DNA of 64,000 nucleotides, taken from positions 24,864,001-24,928,000 of the forward strand of contig NC_087245.1 in NCBI RefSeq assembly GCF_037042905.1, in the 5' to 3' direction. The position numbers were made by a program, and so were the translations under genes. This DNA is from Lytechinus pictus (Eukaryota). The notes beneath the pieces are model-generated. The model was not told where the DNA came from, did no database searches, and saw only the letters and a program-made list of their open reading frames with translations. Shown here piece by piece: positions 54,101-64,000 of the stretch; the stretch's first letter is position 1; the number at the start of each line of letters is the position of its first letter.

Positions 54101-55868
54101 ACACAAAATTCATGTTAATGAAATATCTTGGCTCTGATGGTCTCTCTAAATTTGAATACTTAAATTATTCGCTAGATCTAGAATATACAACAAAATTCCA
54201 TGTTAATGAAACAATGTTTCTGAAAATGATTTGTATAAATTCGAATACATGAAAATAATACACTAGATCTAGTAACATTACTTGTTGAAATAGCTTGATA
54301 CAAACTTCAATGTTAAAAAAAAGCTTGGTTCTTATAATTACTATAATATACTGTAGAATACTTAACTTGTGCACAAGAGCTAGAATATAACAAGAAATTC
54401 CATATTGATTAAATAGCTTGGTTCTGATAATGACTTCTTTAAATTCAAATACATGAATACACTAGTCCTAGAATATAAAACAAAATTCCATAATAATGAA
54501 ATAGCTTGGTACAAACTTTCATTAAAGAAATAGCTTGGTTCTTATTTCTATAAATTCGAATACACCTGTACATGTACATGAATTATGCATAAGATATACA
54601 ATAGAAATCAATTTTTTATAATAATCTTTATTATTATCACGGTTATACTAATCATAATTATTACCATCGATACAAAACTACCTGTCAGAAATTGATAGGC
54701 TCTGATAACGGTTTCTATTAATTCAAAACATAAGTTATGCACTAGATCTAGAATGTAGGCCTAAACAAAATTTCATTTAATAGCTTGATTCTGATAATGC
54801 TTTTTAACAATTCGAATACATGAATTAGATAAAAAATATAAAAATAAATTCATTGTCATTTCTTTAATAATCATCACTTTTGTACAATAATCATTATATC
54901 TATCATAATCATACATATTGCCATTAACTCAAATTCCATGTTTGGCTCTAAAAATGGTACCTATAAAGTATGTGCAATAGATCTATAGACTATAAAACGA
55001 AATTCATTGTCCTTTTCATTTCACAATAATCCTAAATATCATCACTGTTATAATCTAATCTTCTACTTCTGTTTCAGCTACTTTCTGAACAGAAAGAAAG
55101 GCTTATGCTTCTCTCAGGTACTTGTAGTTATGATTGTAAAATAAATTTGTTCTCTTTGTATGCAGCAATAGCCCATTACCATCTCAAATCCGCGATCATT
55201 TTACCACCATGCTTGCAAACGATATCTATATCTATAATGACATTATGTGCGTGGGACTATTAACTTCAAATTGCAGAACAAAAATTTAGACAAATACAAT
55301 CTGAGCATATACAATTTAGATCTACTTTGTATGAAGAAGGGGAATTCTAAGCTATTCTCGTCCTTGTCCACCTTTTGAATTTGAACATTGGCCCTTTCCC
55401 ATATGCACTCTTTATATGGCTATATGTCTACATTGTGCCTATTATTCATAACCCATCCAGTCTCGCTCATGCATGTCATACTTGACTTGAGGATTACCAA
55501 ACTAATTTTCCATGGGCTTACAACTCGATTACGGTACTATTCAATGAACCACACTTTGATGATTAAGAGTATAATGTTTAGCTATAAAAATTAAAAATAT
55601 AATCGGCATACCAACATGAAATACACAAGATTACGGCTGATAAAATCAATGCAACCAATCTTACCTTGAAAACGAACGAAACGGATAATCTATAATTAGC
55701 ATACCGAATAAAATCTACAAAATTAAAGCAATATATCTCACCTTGTATTGAATAAACGTGACGTCCGTGTCTTTTCAGACGCGAAATCGATAAACGCCCG
55801 AATTATCGAAATGTGTTTTTATGCTAATTTCACCAGCCAGAATCTTGGCGTGTGAAAGTAGTTTCATT

Positions 55869-56190
55869 CAGGGGCGGTGCTAGGGTATCATCATCATTAA
55901 GGGGCTTGATGACGTAAAAGTGACGTCATTTTTTCATCAACTGAATGATTCAGATATTATGATATTCAAAATTTACTGTCATGCTCAAATAAAATAAAAT
56001 TACATTAGCATAAAAATCATATTCCAATATTGGTCCAATAGAATTAAACGATCCAAAACTCTTAATATATACAGTCCCTTCGTCTTAATTCGTTTTCTAT
56101 TTCTCATCTTTGTTAGTATTATTTAGATCATCACTTAAAAAAAATCATAGGGGATAAGGCCCCTGCCCCCTCACCATGGCACCGCCCCTG
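55869..56190. mobile_element. MITE with perfect 12-bp TIR
   Basis: CAGGGGCGGTGC ... GCACCGCCCCTG; present in only one of the 1.5-kb units. Confidence 0.7.
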
Positions 56191-56571
56191 TTTTTTTAGA
56201 CACTACGCACAATACTCGCTAAAGAACGATTAAGCGAGATTGTCGGGGTAAAAGCCTTACTACCTTTTTTCCAAAAAAAAGTTGTAAAGCTTTCGGCAAA
56301 CATTTTATCAAGAAAAATTATGCAACTAACTTTGATTACCAGTAGGTGACAACACAGCAATCTTCTTGATATGACACGATGAACTTTATGGAAAAAGGCT
56401 AAAGAATACATTTCGGCCAGGCGCCTATCCTAACGGGGGGGGGGGTGTAAATGAACTTACACTACGAATCCTGACACTAAAACCTAAACTTAACCAATTT
56501 CCATAAAATTCATAGTTTCATTAAGATCATGAAGTGATATTGCCGTATTGTTCTACGGGTAAAAGGACTCA

Positions 56572-56999
56572 CTCATACAGCAACGTTTGATCAGTCTCAG
56601 CATGTTCATCTGTCCAATCCAATTTAATCAAATCCAATTCAATGATAGCATCGTCATGTATCCATGGTCACAACACAAAGTTAGCGTCAAACACATTTTC
56701 ATCTCAGGTCCAATGAAGGAATCTTTCTCCATAGCTTCATAATCATGTCTCTGACCGCTGATATTCACAAAATCATCAAGTTCAAATTGATTATCAAGGG
56801 TAGAACGACCGTCCGGAGACCCATCAACAAACCCGCCGTAAGGTTCGGATAGTCTCGGCGAAGCTCTACCGTTAAAATGGTGTCTAGGCCGCACACAAAA
56901 AGTGAAGAGTTTTCCTGTTCAAGAATAAAACGTTGTAAACTAATTTTGTATCCCAAGTTTTCCAGTTAATAGTCCAATGTTTTAATATTCACCAACTGC
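56572..56999 (-). other. candidate minus-strand exon or decayed acidic coding fragment
   Basis: ccattttacag| acceptor and |gtgagt donor. D/E-rich translation (DNQFELDDFVNISGQRHDYEAMEKDSF) continues in a shifted frame (DENVFDANF..DDAIIELD). Family not recognised. Confidence 0.3.
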
Positions 57000-58338
57000 C
57001 TGTAAAATGGTTTCTAAAGTACATTCTGTCCCGTTTGAGAAGCGTCAGTTTCGTTGAGCGTACTTGGCCCATCCTCGGAGAAAAAAATGATTCCAGGTTT
57101 AATCACGTGATGGAAATGTGACGCATAAATTTATGTCCAGAATTCAGTTGGCGCCGATTACTGAATGTACCTGTGCAGTGAGCGAGGAAAAAGGGGCCAT
57201 GTTTAGCTTCCTTCTTGTCCATCTTCTAAAAGTTTTAAAGTGGTAATGTGCGTCGTACTTCATTCCATTTTAATTTCCCAATTTCAGAACTAATTCTAGA
57301 TACCTTGCGAATTCCCAAATCTGTAAAATTAATAAAAGACAAAAAGGGATCATAAATATCTGCATGTGCAATAAAGAGGGAGGGATTGCATTTATAATTT
57401 TCATTTCAAAATTTAACAAAAATTTAAAATGTAAGGCAAAACAAGATAATATACAGAAATGAATAAAAAGGAACCCACTGGAAAGCAAAGTTTGTTAATG
57501 TGGGTTCCCTGCAATAAACAGTTGATTCAAGTTAATCCTTCAATAAAATTTAAATCGTAATTAACAAGGTTCAATATCGAAAAATACTAATACTACTAGT
57601 CTTAAGGAAAATACATATCAGGACAATAAACCTAAGCGATACTATTATGCCCAAATATGGCCTGTATTCTGCAATGTGTATGGTCATGTTTGGACCTTGA
57701 TAATTGTGGGAAAGATGTCTGTTGAGAATTGATGACAATTTTGTGAGAATTATGCAGGGACGGCAAAACTGGGGGCAGGAAAGCAAGTTCATTCAAGGCA
57801 ACCTTGTTATAGGCCTGCGATCCGATTTTGGAATAAAACACATAGTAAAATCTGATGCGAATATTGAGACATAGAATATCTTACTATTTAAAGTTCTAAA
57901 TCATCTTTAAAAATGAGGTTCAAATTATGTTGCAATACTACTTGTTAAAATTTAAAGCGATTTGAATATCCAGTCTTTATGACGTCATAGCAATCGTATG
58001 ATTGGCTACGATTTGAATCCAATTTGGCCTATAATCCAAAGTAAAGGGCAAAATGTTTGTAAAATTTGTAATCATCAAAACTTGTTATATTCGTATTCTT
58101 ACCTTTAATTTTCAAATCAAATAAAGAGATATTTTTAATTCACATTTTAAGAAAATAAGCAAAATGTGATTTGTTCCAAACTCGGATCGTGGACCAGTCT
58201 TAAGATGTGCGGAGGCTTCAGGACACCTGACTGCGTGACGTGATATGACCATAGATACGACAGTCGGCACGTGCCGCGCACGCTTTAATATATTATTGAT
58301 TATCTGTCAATTAAATTAACGGATCGAGGAAATATACC

Positions 58339-61300
58339 TAGTAGACTTGTTAACTGCAAAAAAAGGGGTGAACGCTGCATTTTTTAGTACAAATGTCCCA
58401 CTTGGCACAAATGTTCCTTGAGTAAAAAAAAAAGGATTCATCCAAAGAGACACGCTGTATCTATGCAAATAAGCAAGTAATTTGCATAAATTTGCATATT
58501 ATGTCGATATAGTAAAAACAAGTATTTCAGAATATATTTTTAACCAGAACTGCCCTAAAATTGGAAATAAAGACTTAGGGTAAGAAAGGGAAGAAAATTG
58601 TCATAAAATATTGGGATATCCTTGTTTATTATTACCTAATTTACATAAATTATGCAAATTATAATTTAAAACAAAGTATGTTTTCATGAATCCTGAACTG
58701 TTTTATAAATAACAGCAATTAATACACAATGTCAACATTCTACATGAAAGATAATATATCAGCGAAAACATCGATATGCTTCATGACAGTATTAGTGTCT
58801 TAATTTGCTTAGAAAGAGGGCAAATATGTCAAAATGTATGACGTGATATTGCGCTAAAACGAGACCAAAACAACCTCTATGTCACAGTCACACTCACGAA
58901 TCGGACAATAAAGCGATCAATGGTATGTCATTCGAGATAACACAATCTCAACACAATAGCTTCCATCGGCTTCTCGTATCGCTTTTGTTGGTGTGTCTGC
59001 AACACCGTAATCTATGGTATATACGGGCAAAATGCATTTCGGTATCGGTAAAACACTATTAATTTTGTTTTATTTGTTTCTAATTTGTTTCTCTTGGAAA
59101 ATTTACAGGAGACATTGCTTTGCAGGTTACTGCTTTAATGAAGCTCTGGCACATGAATCATGACGAATGTACCCCACCTCAATCCATATTTTAACTTTGT
59201 TAAAATATATATCTTTTGGAGACCCCAAAGTGGCAAAACTGCATTCCCCGCGGCATTCCCGCTACTTTACAAAACCAGTTTGACTTGTATTATCAACTTA
59301 GAAAAGACAGTTGTATGAGACATCAGTTAACATGTTTCCAGAAGATAGTTTTTTTTTATTTAAGCCTACGTCCATGGGAGCCCTCCGAATTTACCCCATC
59401 CCCTCTCTGTATTTCGACACTAAATAAAAAAAAAAATATCGTGTTTTAAAGCCACCGGCAAGGCAAATTGCGTTTTTGGTATAATAAAGCAACTTTTATA
59501 TCTATATTTCATATTTATCTATATTAATATTATTATTATCATTAATATTATTATTATTATAATTGTTATTATTATTATTGTTGTTGTTGTTTTGCAGTTT
59601 GTAATAATGCTCTAGCACAGTAAAGGCTATAACCCAACAGGAGCATGCCTAGGATACCCTTTCCCCTTTTGGTTTTATGTATTCAAAAATAGTTTATTGT
59701 CTTTAGAACTCATATCTTGGAATAGATTGAGGTGAAAATACTCTACAATTGGCATGTAGAAGAGCTGTGGTACATTGAAGAAAAGCCACACGTAAGCTCT
59801 AAAATACCCCTTTATTGATTCCACTCTATGTTAAATTTAAATATTTTTAGAGTCCATTCGGAAGAAAGATACATTTCTACTACACACAGTAAAGCCTCTT
59901 TACTTTCTCCTCTTGAAAAAAACAAACATAGAAGGCATTGTTTTATATCGCATAAAATAAGTTCGTGTACATGACGGTGGCCTGTCAAAGTTGCCCAACC
60001 CTTTATTTTGTTTTAACAATATATATTTAGAATATCGTCTAAATGAAGCCCTCATCTGGAAAAGGGCACTTATTAAAGGCAGCATCTACATTATATAGAG
60101 GAGGCTCTGGTACTTGGAAGCGGGGGCTGAAGCACCCGCAAGATTTTTCTGAAGGGGGGGGGGGCTGTGCTGCGTGTGTTATTCTCCATAGACAGCACCC
60201 CCTGGAATTCCGGCAGATGTGACAAAACGAAAAAAAGAAACGTTACCAAAAAAAAACCCTTCATTTTGTAGTGCAATCCATTTTGTTTATTTGCTTGTTA
60301 AATTTCTTGATGTTAATTTGAAAAGCAAAAAAGTTTCAATGTAAAATTTTGGTCCGAAGAAATCTAACAAGCTTCAGCCCCCTCTTCCCAGTGCCAGGGC
60401 CTCCTCTATATAATGTAGATGCTGCCTTTAAGAAGTGCCCTTTTCCAGATGAGGGCTTCATTTAGACGATATTCTAAATATATATTGTCGAAACAAAATA
60501 AACGGTTGGGCAACTTCGACAGGCCACCGTCACATACACGAACTTATTTTAAGAGATATAAAACAATGCCTTCTATATTTTTTTTTTTCAAGAGGAGAAT
60601 GCAAAGAATATAAAAATATAGATATAAAAGTTGCTTTATTATACCAAAAAACGCAATTTGCCTTGCCGATGGTTTTAAAACACGATATTTTTTTATTTAA
60701 AGTCGAAATGCGGAGAGGGGATGGGCCGGGGTAAATTCGGAGGGCTCCCGTGGGCGTAGGCTTAAATAAACAAAAAAAAAACTTTCTTCAGGAAACATGT
60801 TGCCTGATGTCTCATAAATCTGTCTTTTCCAAGTCGATTATACAAGTCAAACTGGATTTGTGGCGGGAATGCAGGGGGGTGCAGTTTTGCCACCTCGGGG
60901 TCTCCAAAAGATATATATTTTAATAAAGTTAAAATATGGATTGAGGTAGGATACATTCGTCATGATTCATGTGCCAGAGTTTCATTAAAGCAGTAACCTG
61001 CAAAGCAATGTCTCCTGTAAATTTTCCAAGAGAAACAAATTAGAAACAAATAAAACAAAATTAATAGTGTTTTACCGATACCGAAATGCATTTTGTCCGT
61101 ATGTATCATAGATTACGGTGTGGCAGACACACCAACAAAAGCGATACGAGAAGCCGATGGAAGCTATTGTGTTGAGATTGTGTTATCTCGAATGACATAC
61201 CATTGATCGCTTTATTGTCCGATTCATGAGTGTGACTGTGACTTAGAGATTGTTTTGGTCTCGTTTTAGCGCAATATCACGTCATACATTTTGACATATT

Positions 61301-61774
61301 TGCCCTCTTTCTAAGCAAATTATGACACTAATACTGTCATGAAGCATATCGATGTTTTCGCTAATATATTATCTTTCATGTAGAATGTTGACATTGTGTA
61401 TTAGTTGCTGTTTTTTAAAAGCAGTTCAGGATTTATGAAAAAATACTCTGTTTTAAATTATAATTTGCATAATTTATGTAAATTAGGTAATAATAAACAA
61501 GGACATTCCAATTATTTTATGACAATTTTCTTCCCTTTCTTACCCTAAGTCTTTATTTCCAATTTTAGGGCAGTTCTGGTTAAAAATATATTCTGAAATA
61601 CTTATTTTTACTATATCGACATAATATGCAAATTTATGCAAATTACTTGCTTATTTGCATAGATACAGCGTGTCTCTTTGGATGAATCTTTTTCTTTTGA
61701 CTCAAGGAACATTTGTGCCAAGTGGGACATTTGTACTAAAAAATGCAGCGTTCAACCTCTTAACAAGTCTACTA
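58339..61774. mobile_element. 3.4-kb foldback / long-TIR non-autonomous DNA transposon
   Basis: ~58366-59520 is the reverse complement of ~60609-61757, and ~59897-60132 of ~60371-60607. Outer tagtagacttgttaa / ttaacaagtctacta. ORF pairs 59216+/60762- and 59900-/60419+ mirror each other. No transposase. Confidence 0.92.
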
Positions 61775-62575
61775 ACCTGTCTTTTTTAATTAACACATAT
61801 TATCATGCTTGAAATGTACAACACCCTCAGATAGAATGCAAAATAATGTTGATTTTAAAAAGCCTCTCTTGTTCTTTTCATAAATTGATTGACAACTATT
61901 TACATTCAAGAATTTCTGCTGGCGAGATCGAAGATGGCGAGAGAGGGGGGAGAGGGGGGGGCAGGGGGTCATCTACTCAGAATTAGCTGCAGAATGAATT
62001 CTTTCATTGAAAATTATTTTCAGATGCTTTTATTATTTGTTACCGTAATACTAGAGCAAAGGATGAAAGAATAAATACATGTCTAGGGAATTTTGAACGT
62101 GTATATAAAAGTAATATCCGTTTAATCTCGGGCCTTTCTCGGTCTCTCAAGTTTGAGACCAGGAATCATGTAAACACCAAAAACGCTCTTCGGCTCTTGA
62201 TGTTTACAAGTCAATACATGTTTTCATTATGCATTTAACATATCAAAGTTGATTTCCAAACCTCAGTATTATTTTTATCGAAAATGTCAAAATTCTCGAT
62301 TTTATTCCCACAGTGTATAAATGCTGTTTAACTTTAAGTCCATCACGCTAAAAACTAATTATTTAAGCTTTAAAAAGGATGTTAAACTGTTTTGAAGTTC
62401 TTTAAAAATAATTCACCAATTAAGAATTATATTAAATGTTTAAACAACTTGGGAGTTATGGGCTGAAACGTGCTATTTTTTTTACCATGCAGATTATTTC
62501 AAATTATAACAAAGTAACAAAAGTGGTATCAACTTGAAGGAATGTAATTTTCTTTCATATAAAGTATTTTCTTAC

Positions 62576-62742
62576 TTAGATCGTCCAGCGTTCTCGATAC
62601 AGCCAGGATATAGGCAGCAGCTTGGCGCCCTCGACTTCTGATCTGGGCTGCTTCTTGCCAAGGTGGTTCTCCGCCGCTTTGAGTTTCAGTGTCTCCCTTC
62701 CAGCTATTTCGAAAGCCGACACCGTCTCCTCCTCCCCGCCTA
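62576..62742 (-). other. candidate minus-strand exon of unknown transcript
   Basis: GC-rich island in AT-rich DNA bounded by ttttgttttgtcatctag| and |gtaagaa on the minus strand; no recognisable protein. Confidence 0.35.
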
Positions 62743-64000
62743 CTAGATGACAAAACAAAATTAGGGCAGTATAGTGTTAAATCTCGCGTCTTAATATGAA
62801 TTAATATGATCTCGCTAAATGCTGACAATGCGGTGGTTTTTTTTTATGTCAAACCGTGAGTGAAATGAAAACCCCCTCTGTTGATTAGGCCTACGGCCTT
62901 CTCGTTAAAAAAATGGATTAGGCGTCTTTCTTACATCATATAATTAAATGTACTTTAAAATAAATTACAACCAATGGAATAAGCTTCACTATCTTTGTAT
63001 TTCAGTAGAAATGTAAATTAATCATATTGATTTTAATACAAGCTTGAAGAAATAAGTTTCATTATCTATCAAAGCAAAGGGATAAACCATTTGACCACAT
63101 CATCGCATAGGCTCTGAACATTAGCATGCCTCTGTTTAAAGTAACAAAAAGGTCATTAAAATTTAACTTTATGCCTTTAACAGTTTATAAAAATACATGA
63201 TTCAAATAATAATCTAACCTTTATTCTTACCTTTCTGATGACATTAAATATCTAAATCTGAAGGATGCTATTGATAAACGTGAAATCGTAGCCCCTCATT
63301 CGAACAAAATGCGATCTAATAATGATCTGTTAAAGCGCGGATGAATAAATTTTCGCATCTTGGGTTAGCGGTGCATGCATCTGGCATAACAACAACGGCA
63401 TTCGCCATCGTAAAACTTTAATCCAAAACAGCCTTCCAATCTGTCAGTGGTGACTGGGGACGGATACAGGTTTATTCAAATGATGAGGGGGTGGCACAAG
63501 ACATTGCTGACCACCCCCTAGCCCCCCCCCCCAGAAAAAGGGGTTATCATGCTAATAAGTAATAATTTCCTTCTTATTTTAGGGACAGTTTTCAGCATCC
63601 CCCCCCCCCGATCCACCAATAGTAATCATGCATTGGGTAGTTTTAAAACACCGCAAGTATGAAAAGAGGGTATATAAGGATAAATTAATTATTGAAACGA
63701 AACTGTTATTATATTAACAGACATGTATGAATGTTGATAGACCAAAATCGAATACAAACTGAGACTATTAAAAACAAAGGACAAACGATTAATAATACAA
63801 TTCCATTTTAGTTAGATGGCTCTGATGAAAATTACATCAGTTTTCAACACACCTTCTTTTCCCAGTTACCAAGGTGATACCCTGCATGCCCCCACCCATA
63901 GACGTAGTCCATGCACTATTTTCTTTTCGGTGGATAAACTCGAATAAAGTAAAGCGGTCATTTGGCAGTCCGTCAGCCGAAGATTTGTTTGACGGCGAAA

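Larger units (their letters stand above)
44700..56560. repeat. four diverged tandem copies of a ~1.5-kb unit, interrupted by insertions
   Basis: Conserved block gacaa(t)gcagcaatc..ttgacatga...caggcgccta...aatcctgacactaaa...aaaattcatagtttcattaa starts at ~45180, 52198, 53710 and 56348. Spacing is 1504 (after removing the 5.5-kb insert), 1512 and 2638 (internal expansion plus a MITE). Confidence 0.88.

Noticed and set aside
59216..60956. Pairs of similar ORFs on opposite strands as duplicated genes or transposase
   Set aside because: They are mirror images produced by the inverted arms; no DDE motif or long ORF.

Overview
AT-rich, intron-containing animal genomic DNA. The repeat and gene content suggests an invertebrate deuterostome such as a sea urchin; that is an inference. 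(1) 4968-15395 (+): nine spliceable exons of an ADAMTS13-like gene (spacer, TSP1, TSP1, Ser/Thr-rich linker, CUB, CUB, stop). It has two in-frame stops and two apparently damaged splice sites, so it is probably a recent pseudogene or null allele. (2) Three satellite arrays: a ~95-100 bp AT-rich array (21.6-26.9 kb), a G-skewed 21/24-bp array (29.1-43.8 kb) with five near-identical 2401-bp higher-order copies, and a ~255-300 bp array (46.5-50.3 kb). (3) The third array sits between two Helentron/HINE-like elements, and the whole 5.5-kb composite looks like one insertion into a ~1.5-kb tandem repeat. (4) Each of the four 1.5-kb units keeps a minus-strand splice-donor motif, possibly an array of duplicated first exons. 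(5) Non-autonomous TIR elements, including a 1.8-kb Tc1/mariner-type element and a 3.4-kb foldback. (6) A minimal Penelope-type hammerhead ribozyme motif in the loop of a 95-bp hairpin at ~1.2-1.4 kb. No intact transposase, rRNA, tRNA or CRISPR array was seen. Most entries in the ORF track are repeat or low-complexity artefacts.
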